Virus record (IMG/VR): IMGVR_UViG_3300009852_000007
Location: 1 to 40,423 of that record
DNA: 40,423 nucleotides
Reading direction: 5' to 3' (one strand)
DNA from: a virus
Lineage: Duplodnaviria; Caudoviricetes
The notes under the pieces are model-generated. The model saw only the letters and a list, made by a program, of their open reading frames with translations. It was not told the origin of the DNA and did not search any database. Made by a program: the position numbers and the translations under genes. Position 1 is the first letter of the stretch; each line of letters begins with the position of its first letter. This document shows positions 1 through 10,076 of the stretch, one piece after another.

Positions 1-100
1 GAATACAGAAGGTAACATCCCTTAATTTTGCTACCCTCAGTTTTCATCACTCTCTGCTACATATACACGTTCTGTAATCTATTCCCTAGGAGTTCCCCTC

Positions 101-622
101 ATGGCTAGGGGTAGAGCACGAAAAGTAGATGTTGTAGATAGAAGAGACTGGCAACAAGTCACACTTGAGCACAAAAAGACTGGTTATTTCTACCCTCCCG
201 ACGGCTTAAGTGTACATGCGCGTAAAGTTTGGGAAACTTATTGGGATGACCCAGTTAGTGACATTGCTGCGACTGTAGACCGCGAATTAATCACAAGATG
301 GATTAAATTAGTCGATTTATATTGGCGGTTATACAAGCAATTTGAGGAAATGCCGGTCACATATGACGATAAATCTCGTCAGAAGCCCAATGTGATGTTC
401 ACAATGGCTCAGCAAGTCCTCAAAAGCATTGAATATTGCGAAGCGCAGCTAGGTATCGGTCCTAAGAACCGTGTGAACTTGGGTGTGACTCTTGCTAGCG
501 CTGCACGAACCCTAGACGCGATCAACAACGAGTATGAGGGGGAACAGGTGAGATCTAGCAATGAACGCCGAACTAGACAAGATCCTCGAATCTCCCGAAT
601 TATTGGAGAAGTTGAAGCGTAA
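101..622 (+). CDS. terS: Terminase small subunit (P27-like)
   Basis: PPDGLS..ARKVW and 'EAQLGIGPKNR' pattern of P27-family TerS; GGAG RBS; directly upstream of TerL. Confidence 0.8.
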   Translation: MARGRARKVDVVDRRDWQQVTLEHKKTGYFYPPDGLSVHARKVWETYWDDPVSDIAATVDRELITRWIKLVDLYWRLYKQFEEMPVTYDDKSRQKPNVMFTMAQQVLKSIEYCEAQLGIGPKNRVNLGVTLASAARTLDAINNEYEGEQVRSSNERRTRQDPRISRIIGEVEA

Positions 623-2216
623 GGCCACCTATTGCACAAACTGCAATTGGGCACCGGGGGTGGAGAGCAACTTCCTTTGGCCTACCCTGGGAGATGTTGC
701 AGCGGATTGGATTGAAGACAACCTAGTCTTAGGTGAAGGTGACTTCTACGGTCAATTAATGGTTCTCAGAGAGGATCAGGTTAACTTTCTCTACCGTTGG
801 TATGAGTACTGTCCAAACTGTGGCTATTGGCACTACGACCGTGCACTGAGACTTGCTGCTACCGGCGACGGGAAGACACAGTTCTTCGCAGCAATCATCG
901 TGTGCGAGTTCGCAGGTCCTAAAGGCATTGCTCCGGAGTCTCCGAACATTCCGGTTGCGGCAGCTTCGTGGGAGCAGGCAGACCTTCTCTTCAAGGCCGT
1001 GTCTGTAATGTGCGGTGGCACTAAGGATGCGCCGGTTCCACAGTCTCCCCTCTATGGGCAGTTCAACGTTCGAGACGCAGAGATTACGTTCGCGGACGGA
1101 CGGCCCGGCAGAGTCTTCAGAACTGCTGCTGTAGCCGGTACCAACGAGGGAGGTTTGCCTTCCCTCTTTGCTTGTGACGAAGTTCATGAGTGGGGCGCTT
1201 TAGGAGATGCAAAAGCACGACGCCATACAGTTATTTCAAAGTCTACTCGTAAACGGAATATCAAAATTCCGGGTACGAATTTAAAACGTGGCCCTGGTCG
1301 TGTAATTAATATCTCAACGGCGGGATTTGATAAGAACAACACAATGCTTGGGAACATGTATATGCATGCTAAGCGTGTGTTGCATGACCCAAGTGTCGAT
1401 CCAAAGTTTCTCGCGGACATTTTCGAAGCGCCGGATGGGCTCGACTATGACAATCCGGAGCATCGCGAGATTGCGGTTAAAGCTGCATCCAAGGGTGCAG
1501 GCATTATTTGGAATGTGAAAGACCGCGTGAACGCGTGGAACGACCCCACGATGGAACATCACGAGTGGATTCGGTACTACGCCAACCGTTGGGTTGACGT
1601 TGCTGAAGACTCGTGGATGAAGGATCACCCACAAGCGTGGGGTAACTGCAAGGGAGAGTGGGTCAGCAGCAAGGACAATCCTTACGTCATCGCTGTAGAC
1701 ATGGCTCTCAAGCACGACAGTGTTGCAGTCGTACTCTGTGAGGTCTTAGAAGACGGCAGAACCGCAGTTACGCCTAAATTCTGGCGTGCTAAGGAGTACG
1801 GCGGCCGAATTCCGCACGCTGATGTGTGGCGCTATGTGAAGAATGAAGCGACTGGGTTAGGTCTCAAGGGTGTTGTCTATGACCCGAGATACTTCGAAGT
1901 TCAAGCCAACCTCTTGGAAGAAGAAGGTATTCCAGTTGTGGAGTTCGACCAGAACCCGCAACGTATGGCACCTGCTTGTGGCCTAACTTACGACAAGATT
2001 CTGAGCAAGCAGATAGTTCATGACGGAGATCCTGACCTTACAAACCACGTACAAGGTGCGTGTCGAGTAGATCAGGAGCGTGGTGGATTCACACTCCGGA
2101 AGTCAAAGTCCAAAGGACATATTGACGGGGCAGTTGCTATGTGTATGGGTACGTGGGTACTCCATGCAATGGACCTGAACCCATATACGACCCTTCACGG
2201 AAAGCTATATGCCTGA
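561..2216 (+). CDS. terL: Terminase large subunit
   Basis: Walker A-like GDGKT, Walker B 'ACDEVHE', ISTAG coupling motif, nuclease 'AVDMALKHD', 'YDP', 'IDGAVA'. Confidence 0.93.
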   Translation: MNAELDKILESPELLEKLKRKATYCTNCNWAPGVESNFLWPTLGDVAADWIEDNLVLGEGDFYGQLMVLREDQVNFLYRWYEYCPNCGYWHYDRALRLAATGDGKTQFFAAIIVCEFAGPKGIAPESPNIPVAAASWEQADLLFKAVSVMCGGTKDAPVPQSPLYGQFNVRDAEITFADGRPGRVFRTAAVAGTNEGGLPSLFACDEVHEWGALGDAKARRHTVISKSTRKRNIKIPGTNLKRGPGRVINISTAGFDKNNTMLGNMYMHAKRVLHDPSVDPKFLADIFEAPDGLDYDNPEHREIAVKAASKGAGIIWNVKDRVNAWNDPTMEHHEWIRYYANRWVDVAEDSWMKDHPQAWGNCKGEWVSSKDNPYVIAVDMALKHDSVAVVLCEVLEDGRTAVTPKFWRAKEYGGRIPHADVWRYVKNEATGLGLKGVVYDPRYFEVQANLLEEEGIPVVEFDQNPQRMAPACGLTYDKILSKQIVHDGDPDLTNHVQGACRVDQERGGFTLRKSKSKGHIDGAVAMCMGTWVLHAMDLNPYTTLHGKLYA

Positions 2217-2425
2217 TGACAACTATGACACAGCGGGTGGAGGGCATCAAAGCTCAAAGTAGGGAGATTAAGTTCCTTCCAACTATGCAGCTTTGGATTG
2301 CCGGTATTGCCTTCGGATCCGCATGGGTAGTCGGAAAAGTATTTAAAGTTTTGTGGGCTTCGCTCACTTTTATTTGGATCGCTTGCGTTCTCGGTTTCAA
2401 GTCGGGAGTTGGGAAAGGGGGGTAA
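2216..2425 (+). CDS. Small membrane protein between terminase and portal
   Basis: ATG overlaps terL TGA; two hydrophobic segments; abuts portal ATG. Confidence 0.6.
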   Translation: MTTMTQRVEGIKAQSREIKFLPTMQLWIAGIAFGSAWVVGKVFKVLWASLTFIWIACVLGFKSGVGKGG

Positions 2426-3799
2426 ATGGGACTCTTAGACAAGATTCGAGCCTATAAGGAACGAAGCTTTTCCCCCGGCATTGCTGGACTCCCTAATTTC
2501 GGGATGCAAGACTACTTCGGGCACGATGGACCTCACAGTGTTCCGGAGTATGGCGACTACTTAGCTACAAGCAACGAGATCTTCTCGGCTGCTTCGTTGC
2601 GCGCCCGTATGATGTCATCGTTGACATTAAAGGTCTACCGTGGCAGGGGAAAGAACAAGCGGGAGGCGGACAACTCGCCTGCCGCACAGCTCCTTAATTA
2701 TGTGAATCCGCATTGGACTCCTAAGCGGTTGGCTCGTATGGATGAACTCTCCATGTGTCTGTGGGGAGAGTCCTTCTGGGCAATCGAAAAGGAACGTGGG
2801 GTTCCGAGGGAAATTTGGTGGTTGAAGCCGACACAGGTTCGGCCGGTACTTCACCCCTCCAAGTACATTGACCACTACCTGTACGAGCCTCTAGACGGCT
2901 CTCAGCCGTTGAAGTTCTGGCCTGATGAGATTGTCTGGTTCCGCTATCCGAACCCCTTAGATGAGTTCGCTGCTATTTCTCCGCTAGTTGCAGCCCGGCT
3001 TCCTGCCGACTCGGCTAGCGCGATGATGAAGGCCAACAAGAACATGTTCGTGAACGGCCTTAAGTTGGGTGGAATCATCACTCCAACTGACAAGGTGACG
3101 TTCACTGAACAGCAAGCCGAAGATATTGAAGCAGCCCTTGAACACAGAGCTAAGGGAGTCGATAAAGCTCACAAGTGGTTGATTCTTCGGTATGAAGCTC
3201 AGCTTCAGGGTCTTAATCTCACCCCGAAAGATGCTGAGTATATCGGTGGATTGAAGATGACGCTGAAGCAGGTTGCCAATGCCTATGGCATTCCGGTTGC
3301 TCTGCTCAACGATATGGACAACGCCACTCTGACTAACTCCCGTGAGTATCAGTCCATCCTGTGGACTAATGCTCTAAAGCCAGATGCGGAATTAAAGGCA
3401 GAAGAGATTGAGGAACAATTCCTTCCCATGTTCCGGGACAGGGTTGACCACTGTCTCTACGACTTTAGTGAAGTAGAAGCCCTACAGGAAGCCAAGTCCG
3501 AATCGTGGATGCGTGAACGACAGGCTATCGACACGGGCCGCTACACCATCAATGAAATTCGTGCCCGAAATGGCGAACCTCCCGTTCCATGGGGAGATGT
3601 TTGGTGGGCACCTGTTAACAAGTTCGCAGTCAGCGGGCCAGACTCGCAACCTGCTTCGTCGAGTACTCAGGTTGAGGATGTTACCGATCCTGAGACGAAG
3701 AAGGGGGAGACTGACGAACCTAAACTGCCGGAAGTCTCCGAGGATGAAACCAGGGCTTTTTTAAAGTCCCTGGAGTTTAACGGAAGGGTGCCACGATGA
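2426..3799 (+). CDS. Portal protein (HK97 family)
   Basis: 'LLNYVNPHWT', 'LWGESFW', 'ISPL', 'VANAYGIP..LL', 'TINEIRA..GEPPVPWGD' motifs; position. Confidence 0.93.
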   Translation: MGLLDKIRAYKERSFSPGIAGLPNFGMQDYFGHDGPHSVPEYGDYLATSNEIFSAASLRARMMSSLTLKVYRGRGKNKREADNSPAAQLLNYVNPHWTPKRLARMDELSMCLWGESFWAIEKERGVPREIWWLKPTQVRPVLHPSKYIDHYLYEPLDGSQPLKFWPDEIVWFRYPNPLDEFAAISPLVAARLPADSASAMMKANKNMFVNGLKLGGIITPTDKVTFTEQQAEDIEAALEHRAKGVDKAHKWLILRYEAQLQGLNLTPKDAEYIGGLKMTLKQVANAYGIPVALLNDMDNATLTNSREYQSILWTNALKPDAELKAEEIEEQFLPMFRDRVDHCLYDFSEVEALQEAKSESWMRERQAIDTGRYTINEIRARNGEPPVPWGDVWWAPVNKFAVSGPDSQPASSSTQVEDVTDPETKKGETDEPKLPEVSEDETRAFLKSLEFNGRVPR

Positions 3800-4410
3800 A
3801 TCGGGGTTGCATCCGTGGCTTCGTGGAACGGGGGGTTACAGACGGTGGCCCCATTCGTTTTGTCGCAGCGACGGAAGGCGTAAAACGAGACGGTATCGAT
3901 CTGAGAATGCAGGGGGCACAGCTTGAGAGGTTTCGAGCCAACCCCGTAATTCTCTTCGGTCATGCTTCGTGGGGACGTCAGAACTTACCTATCGGCCGTG
4001 CGGAACACGTGGGGGTGGAAGGCGACTCCCTCGTGATGGATGTCGTCTTCGATCAGGAAGATGAGTTCGCCCGTACTGTCGAGAGGAAGTTACGAGGCGG
4101 GTTCCTCAACGCAGTTTCTATCGGCTTCGAAGTCGATAGTTGGGAAAAGCCGGGGCAGAACTTTTGGAACGGTGGCGTAGCCACTAAGTGGGAGCTTTTT
4201 GAGACTTCCGTTGTTCCAATTCCCATGGACGAAAGAGCGGTTGTCCAAGCTGGTCGCAGTTTCGAGGATGACACTCTGCGTCAGTACATTGATGAGCGTA
4301 TTGAGGATGCGCTTAAGCGGCACTTCGCTAAGAACGATGAGCCGGTCGGTTTTAATCAGTCGGACGCAGACAAGGTGTTGGCGTCATTCAAGTTTGGGGA
4401 GGGAATTTAA
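3796..4410 (+). CDS. HK97-type prohead protease
   Basis: 'NPVILFGH', 'PIGR', 'LNAVSIGF', 'ELFETSVVPIP' motifs. Confidence 0.9.
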   Translation: MNRGCIRGFVERGVTDGGPIRFVAATEGVKRDGIDLRMQGAQLERFRANPVILFGHASWGRQNLPIGRAEHVGVEGDSLVMDVVFDQEDEFARTVERKLRGGFLNAVSIGFEVDSWEKPGQNFWNGGVATKWELFETSVVPIPMDERAVVQAGRSFEDDTLRQYIDERIEDALKRHFAKNDEPVGFNQSDADKVLASFKFGEGI

Positions 4411-5952
4411 ATGAGTGACAACATCACTCTTGACCAGTTAGCTCAGAACATTAAGCAGCGTCTTGACGGTATCTCGGATGACGTTGCTTCGCGTGTCTCC
4501 GATGAGAGACTGTCGCAGCTTATTCGGGACAACCTTGAGGGTGTTCTTGCCGACCCTGAGGTCGTTCGCAAGATTCGATTCGCTCAGGATGAGAACAAGG
4601 GCGAACTGGTCGGTACTAAGTACGCCCGCTGGGGTCTTTCTCCGGCTGACGTTGAGTGGCTGTATGACTTCCAGACCTCGCTTCGCGGTACTCCGAAGCG
4701 TGGGGGTGGAGTGCATCAGGGTCCGTCTGAGGAGCTGTCCAGGACGTTCGAGGCTATTTCCGCCGCGCGCTACGTTTCTATGGACAAGGTTCGCGAGATG
4801 GACCGGCGTGCTCTTGATAACGCTTTCCCTCGTATTCCTCTGTCGGCTTTCCACGCTGGTGACCGTAAGCTTGCTGCCGCTGGAAAGTACGAGCTGACTG
4901 AGGCTTACCAAAACGCTATTCGTGCGATGGACACTGCTGAGTCCGGCTTCGGTCAGCAGTTGGTTGGTGCTCAGTATGTGCACGACCTGTGGGAAGCTCC
5001 CCGTCGTCTCGGTCGTGTTGCGCCGCTGATTAACACGTTCGAGATGTCGGACCCGACGGCTTATCTGCCGGTCGAAAGTTCGCTGCCTGAGCTGAGCTTT
5101 GTTGCCGAGTCTGCGACGTACGACGCTACGAATTACGGCACTACTAAGACCGGTTCGCAGCGAGTGCAGGTCAGTGCAAAGAAGTTTGTGATTCACCAGA
5201 TGTGGTCTGGTGAGATGGAGGAAGACTCCATCATTCCGTTCGTGCCTTTCCTTCGTCGTCAGGCTGCGCTGTCTCTGGCTCATTACCTGGACGCGCTGAT
5301 TCTTAACGGCGACACGACTGGTACTTCGACTGGCAACATCAACCTGGATGACGACACTCCTGTGACTACGAACTACTACCTGGCTTATGACGGTATTCGT
5401 CATGCTGCTTTGGAGGACAACACCAATAATCGTGTGGACTTGAGCGGCCTCGCTTACAGCTATGACGACTTCCTGAATGTTAAGGCCAAGATGGTTGACC
5501 ACGCGTACCTGATGGACTGGGGTCACCCTGTTGACCCTGACGACCTGGTTTACGTGTGTGACCCTGAGTCGGCCGACCGCATTTCGGCTCTGGACGAAGT
5601 TCTGACCGTGGACAAGTATGGTCCTGGTGCGACCGTTCTGAACGGTGAGCTGGCTCGTATTGCCGGTCGCCACCCGCTGATTTCGAGCATTGCTATGCCG
5701 AAGACTGAGGCGGACGGCAAGGTTTCTAAGACGGCTGCTAACAACACGAAGGGTCAGGTTGCCGTCTTTAACCGGCGCGGTCTGGTCATGGGTTGGCGGC
5801 GTCGGGTCATGGTCGAGACGGAGCGTCTGCCCGCTACTGACCAGACTCGCATTGTCTACTCGCTGCGGAACGGCCTTGGCCGGTTCACGCCGACCGGTTC
5901 CGCTTCCGGCATCAAGTGGGCTGCTGTGCTCTACAACGCCGACGTTGCCTGA
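4411..5952 (+). CDS. Major capsid protein (HK97 fold, long N-terminal delta domain)
   Basis: Follows protease; 'FVAES', 'EEDSII', 'LDALILNGD'; strong codon bias; followed by terminator. Confidence 0.9.
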   Translation: MSDNITLDQLAQNIKQRLDGISDDVASRVSDERLSQLIRDNLEGVLADPEVVRKIRFAQDENKGELVGTKYARWGLSPADVEWLYDFQTSLRGTPKRGGGVHQGPSEELSRTFEAISAARYVSMDKVREMDRRALDNAFPRIPLSAFHAGDRKLAAAGKYELTEAYQNAIRAMDTAESGFGQQLVGAQYVHDLWEAPRRLGRVAPLINTFEMSDPTAYLPVESSLPELSFVAESATYDATNYGTTKTGSQRVQVSAKKFVIHQMWSGEMEEDSIIPFVPFLRRQAALSLAHYLDALILNGDTTGTSTGNINLDDDTPVTTNYYLAYDGIRHAALEDNTNNRVDLSGLAYSYDDFLNVKAKMVDHAYLMDWGHPVDPDDLVYVCDPESADRISALDEVLTVDKYGPGATVLNGELARIAGRHPLISSIAMPKTEADGKVSKTAANNTKGQVAVFNRRGLVMGWRRRVMVETERLPATDQTRIVYSLRNGLGRFTPTGSASGIKWAAVLYNADVA

Positions 5953-5960
5953 TTAGTTTT

Positions 5961-6005
5961 AAGGGTGCCCTGTCTTTTGAGGGGAGGGCAGGGCACTCCT
6001 TTTTT
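5961..6005 (+). terminator. Intrinsic terminator after capsid gene
   Basis: GTGCCCTGTC/GGCAGGGCAC stem plus T-run. Confidence 0.75.
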
Positions 6006-6028
6006 CTTCACATGTTTGGAGATTGGTC

Positions 6029-6433
6029 ATGCTTACTACTCGTGTAGAGCGCATTATTGCCAAGGGTCAGTTAGTTCCCATCGTTGTTAGTCAGGATGTT
6101 ATTGCAAGCCAGACTGATGTTGAAATCGGTCCTGGTGTCACTGTTCCGTTCGCTGGTGAGATTGTTGGTTGTAGCTACAAGCTGACTGCAGATAAGACCG
6201 GTGGCACGATGGCTGTCGGTCCCACCATTAACGGAACTGAAGTTTCTGCGCTTACGGTGACTGCTGCTGACGGAACTTCGTCGGGCAGCAAGACGGCGAA
6301 GCGTCGTACGGCTAAGTTCGCAGCCGGTTCCGTTATCGGAGCTGAGATTACGACGAATAGTCAGTTCGCCGCTGGTGAGGACCCGATTCTTGAAGTCGTC
6401 GTTTGGGTGATCCTGAGCCTTGAGGGCATCTAA
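6029..6433 (+). CDS. Putative capsid decoration/virion protein
   Basis: Beta-rich small-residue protein right after capsid; GGAGA RBS. Confidence 0.5.
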   Translation: MLTTRVERIIAKGQLVPIVVSQDVIASQTDVEIGPGVTVPFAGEIVGCSYKLTADKTGGTMAVGPTINGTEVSALTVTAADGTSSGSKTAKRRTAKFAAGSVIGAEITTNSQFAAGEDPILEVVVWVILSLEGI

Positions 6434-6696
6434 TGTCCTACATCGTTGAACTCGATACAACTGGTACAGCTTTCGTTGGTGCTTGCAATTTGTTGTCGGT
6501 GACTGTTTCGCCAGATGGAGAAGGCTCTACTCCGCAGGTCACTATTGCGGATGGCAGTGGCAGCGTGTTTCTGACGCTCTATTGTCCTGTGGACAATTCC
6601 ACAGTCTGGCACGCGAAGGATTCGAATGGAATTCCTATCACCACGTCTATCAATTGCACGCTGACTGACTGCGTTGTATCTGTGGAATACAAGTAA
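6433..6696 (+). CDS. Hypothetical virion-associated protein
   Basis: TAATG coupling on both sides. Confidence 0.55.
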   Translation: MSYIVELDTTGTAFVGACNLLSVTVSPDGEGSTPQVTIADGSGSVFLTLYCPVDNSTVWHAKDSNGIPITTSINCTLTDCVVSVEYK

Positions 6697-6899
6697 TGGC
6701 TAAGTTTAGGGTTAATCGAGACTTTGCCATGCAACGCGGAGGCGAACAATACGGACCATGGACTTCCGGTGAGGAAGTCGAGATTGAGGAACCTGTCGTT
6801 GTATACATCAACTGGAAATACGGCAATGTCCTCAGTGCTGTCCGTGAGCAGCCTCCCACCCCCAACCGGCAAGTGATGCGTTCCCCCAAGACGCGATAA
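6696..6899 (+). CDS. Hypothetical protein
   Basis: TAATG-coupled small ORF in head region. Confidence 0.55.
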   Translation: MAKFRVNRDFAMQRGGEQYGPWTSGEEVEIEEPVVVYINWKYGNVLSAVREQPPTPNRQVMRSPKTR

Positions 6900-6914
6900 C
6901 CGAAGGGAGGATTG

Positions 6915-7532
6915 ATGCCTGTAACCAACGGCTATTGCACGGTTGAGGAACTAAGGGCATGGATGGGGGATACAGGAACAATCCTCTCTTCAGATGTCCT
7001 TGAGAAGGCTATCAATACCGCATCCCGCGCCATTGATGACTTCTGCGGTGTAGGCCGAAAGTTCTGGCTCGACAACACGCCAATTGCAAGAGACTTCAGA
7101 GTTCGTGAGCCCAACATTGCTTGGGTCTACGACATTGGAGATCTCACAGGGCTGAAGATTGAGACTGATGATGTTGGGGACGGCAGTTTCCTCACTACTT
7201 GGTCTAGCACTGACTACGATCTGAGTCCCTTCCAGGAAGAGACCGACAAGGCTCATACCTGGTATCGAATTCACGCGATTGGGAGACAGTTCCCGGTCAA
7301 CAGCATTCGTAGGACTTTGAGAGTAACGGCCAAGTGGGGGTGGAGTGCCGTCCCTGACCAGATCAAGCAAGCTACGCTTATGAAGGCGAACATTCTCGTT
7401 CTGCGTAAGGACTCGCCTTATGGTGTTGCTGGCTTCTCTGAGTATGGCGTTGTCCGACTGAATCGGTCAGAGGACCCTGAGATCACTCGTCTCATCGCGC
7501 CGTTTGTTCGCTCGAATGTAGTGGCTATCTGA
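6915..7532 (+). CDS. Head-to-tail adaptor
   Basis: 'YCTVEELRA', 'ASRAIDDFCG', 'VTAKWGWSAVPDQIKQAT' actinophage adaptor motifs; GGAGG RBS. Confidence 0.85.
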   Translation: MPVTNGYCTVEELRAWMGDTGTILSSDVLEKAINTASRAIDDFCGVGRKFWLDNTPIARDFRVREPNIAWVYDIGDLTGLKIETDDVGDGSFLTTWSSTDYDLSPFQEETDKAHTWYRIHAIGRQFPVNSIRRTLRVTAKWGWSAVPDQIKQATLMKANILVLRKDSPYGVAGFSEYGVVRLNRSEDPEITRLIAPFVRSNVVAI

Positions 7533-7975
7533 TGGCAACGCTGGGAGAGATCCGGGAAGCCATCAAAGAGACCCTTGAGGAGAACATCCCAGGGATCAAG
7601 TGTTATCGGTATATCCCGGAAAACGCTCTGGTCTTACCGGCAATCATTGTCGAGCCGGAAATGGCTAGCTTCGTTGAAGCTATGGGACGTGGCACCGATC
7701 GGTGGGACTTTACGTTGCTGGTTCTCGTTGGTTACAACCACCTGGAATCAGCACAGAACAACTTGGATCCGTTCGTGTCTGGGCACGGTAATAAGTCGAT
7801 TCGTGAAGTGATTTTCCAGAACAAGACGCTTGGACTGGAAAACGTCAATGCGACTGTCGAGCGTGTCTATGACTACGGAATGAGATTTGCCCCTGATACA
7901 CAAGGTCGTGCCACTGAAGCTTTAGGAGCACGTCTTGGCTTGACTGTTTATACGAGGGGGTATTCAACGGGATGA
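7532..7975 (+). CDS. Tail terminator / tail completion protein
   Basis: Size, position before tail tube, 'PAIIVEP' motif. Confidence 0.6.
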   Translation: MATLGEIREAIKETLEENIPGIKCYRYIPENALVLPAIIVEPEMASFVEAMGRGTDRWDFTLLVLVGYNHLESAQNNLDPFVSGHGNKSIREVIFQNKTLGLENVNATVERVYDYGMRFAPDTQGRATEALGARLGLTVYTRGYSTG

Positions 7976-8688
7976 GTTCGTTAGTCCTTGTTGATGTAAC
8001 CACATACGTCGGTGAGTTCAATCTCACGACAAAGATGAACTCGCTCAACCTGAACATTCAGGCTGACGAGTTAGATGCTACGACCTTCGGCAACAACGGA
8101 TTCCGAACCCGTGTAGCTGGAATCAAGGATGTCATGGCAGACCTGTCCGGCTACTGGGAGGACGACGTAGATAACGAAGTCTTCGGCAGTCTCGGAGTCG
8201 CACATGATGCTGTGACCATTTCGCCTACGGGGGTGGAAGGCGATACGGCTTACCTGTGGCGGGGTGAGAAGTTCACCTACCAAGCCTTCGGTGCTATCGG
8301 TGCTCTGACGCCTTTCAGCGTGTCCATGAGCGGTTCCCACAACCAGGGGGTAGCCAGAGGCACACTCCTGAAGAAGCAAGGCACTGTGACCTCTACAGGG
8401 GCTACTGGCACAGCCTTCGAGATTTCAGGTGGCATTGGGAGTGACGCTGCTCTCTACTCGCACTTCCACGTCTTTGATGCGGGCACAACTGTTACGGCTG
8501 TAATCGAGTCCGCAGACAATGACGAGTTTGAAGATGCGACAACCATTGCCACGCACAGTGCGTTAACAGCAGTCGGGGCGAACATTCAGCGTGTTGCCGG
8601 TCCAATTACGGATGAGTTCTTCCGTGTGAGAGTTACAGCTATTACAGGCAGCTTTAGTGTTGCTTGTGCGATCGGGGTTGGTGTTTAG
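7972..8688 (+). CDS. Tail tube-like protein with C-terminal extra domain
   Basis: N-terminal half aligns by eye with next gene (ELDATTFG..FRTRVAGIKD vs ELEDTAMG..WRNRLAGLKD). Confidence 0.6.
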   Translation: MSSLVLVDVTTYVGEFNLTTKMNSLNLNIQADELDATTFGNNGFRTRVAGIKDVMADLSGYWEDDVDNEVFGSLGVAHDAVTISPTGVEGDTAYLWRGEKFTYQAFGAIGALTPFSVSMSGSHNQGVARGTLLKKQGTVTSTGATGTAFEISGGIGSDAALYSHFHVFDAGTTVTAVIESADNDEFEDATTIATHSALTAVGANIQRVAGPITDEFFRVRVTAITGSFSVACAIGVGV

Positions 8689-8690
8689 AA

Positions 8691-9098
8691 ATGGCGTCGT
8701 TTGCGTTCACTGACGGTGTGTTAGTAGTCAACAGTGTTGACCTGTCGGAGTTCGTTACCTCCATGACCCTCAACGTTGAGGTTGAGGAGTTGGAGGATAC
8801 GGCCATGGGCGACACGTGGCGGAACCGGCTGGCTGGTCTGAAGGACTACAGCCTGGACGTGGAGTTCAATTCTGACTTTGCTGCCAGCGCTGTGGATGCG
8901 ACTCTATGGAGTATTTTCGGCACGGTCACGGAGTTCAGCATCAAGGCTACGTCGGCGTCTACTAGCGCTACGAACCCTGTGTACTCGGGCTATCTGCTGA
9001 TCTCGCAGCTTACTCCGATCGGTGGTTCTGTTGGTGACCTGGCTAAGGTTTCCGTGACGTGGCCTGGTTCAGGTGCGTTGACTCGTTCTACTTCCTGA
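8691..9098 (+). CDS. Major tail (tube) protein
   Basis: Tail-tube motifs 'GLKDYSLDVEF', 'GSVGDLAKVSVTWPGSG'; high-expression codon usage. Confidence 0.75.
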   Translation: MASFAFTDGVLVVNSVDLSEFVTSMTLNVEVEELEDTAMGDTWRNRLAGLKDYSLDVEFNSDFAASAVDATLWSIFGTVTEFSIKATSASTSATNPVYSGYLLISQLTPIGGSVGDLAKVSVTWPGSGALTRSTS

Positions 9099-9099
9099 T

Positions 9100-9540
9100 A
9101 TGGCTCAGGAAGGACTTAAGAAGCTCATCTTCGACTTTGCGAAGATGAGCAAAGATGCGAAGTCGCATCTCCGTAAGAATATGCGGAAGATTGCGACTCC
9201 AACTCTACAGAAGATTCGCGATGCTGCATCGTGGTCTTCTCGTATTCCTGGCTCTACTCGAATTGCCACAGGGTTCACGAGTCGCTTCACCGGTGTTCGC
9301 ATTGAGACAGATAGACGTGTGTCCCCTCACGCACGTCCCTATGAACATGGCGGACAGCCGGGCGTGTTTCGTCACCCCGTGTTTGGAAGATACGACAGGG
9401 ACCGGCGTTTGTGGACTTGGGTTTCGCAACCGGCCCGTCCGTACATGTATCCGACTGCTCTGGAAGACATTCCGGAAATCGGAGATCGCATCTTAGATGT
9501 AATCATCGAGCTACATAAAGAGAACGGGTTTCATTCCTAA
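9100..9540 (+). CDS. HK97 gp10-like tail-component protein
   Basis: Basic protein with 'HARPYEHG' and 'QPARPYMYP' motifs. Confidence 0.6.
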   Translation: MAQEGLKKLIFDFAKMSKDAKSHLRKNMRKIATPTLQKIRDAASWSSRIPGSTRIATGFTSRFTGVRIETDRRVSPHARPYEHGGQPGVFRHPVFGRYDRDRRLWTWVSQPARPYMYPTALEDIPEIGDRILDVIIELHKENGFHS

Positions 9541-10076
9541 TGAGCGAACATCCCCTCGCAATGAAAGACAAGCTCAAGGCGAAGAAGCGTCCTATCAAGG
9601 ATTGCCGTATCTTCGTTGGTGACCGGGATAAGTACCAGAAGGAAGTTGAAGAGTCTCTTGCGAATCTCATCAACTTTTTGAAGGACATTCAAGGTAACGA
9701 AGAGATTCCCGAGCCTGCTATGAATGTGGGCAAGAAACTGATTGAGGACCTTGCTAAGTTGCAAGAGCCCTACTATCAGAAGTTTGTCTTCAGAGCCTTG
9801 AACCCTGTCAAGTTTGAAAAGCTCATGGAGGAATATCCGCCTCCTAAGGGGAAGGAAACGGAAGTCTGCGACTGGGAGGCATTCAACCGTCGCATCTTCC
9901 AAGAGTGTCTGATTGAACCTTCTTACGACTCACTCACTGAAGAGGAGTGGGAAGAGTTCTTTGACTCGTGTTCACATAAGGAATACGAGTTGTTGATGAA
10001 CACATCTATGGATGTGAACATCAGGAACGTAGACCCGACCTCCCCAAAAGATTTGATGACCCCACGTTCGAAATAG
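9540..10076 (+). CDS. Tail assembly chaperone (gpG-like)
   Basis: Between tail tube and tape measure; slippery site near its 3' end. Confidence 0.75.
   Translation: MSEHPLAMKDKLKAKKRPIKDCRIFVGDRDKYQKEVEESLANLINFLKDIQGNEEIPEPAMNVGKKLIEDLAKLQEPYYQKFVFRALNPVKFEKLMEEYPPPKGKETEVCDWEAFNRRIFQECLIEPSYDSLTEEEWEEFFDSCSHKEYELLMNTSMDVNIRNVDPTSPKDLMTPRSK
10043..10049 (+). promoter_or_regulatory. Programmed -1 frameshift site C CCA AAA
   Basis: X XXY YYZ heptamer in the chaperone frame; -1 frame is open (RFDDPTFEIEM...) into ORF 10079-10357. Confidence 0.8.

Noticed and set aside
4438..5673. 411-aa antisense ORF inside the capsid gene
   Set aside because: Shadow frame produced by strong codon bias; no motifs
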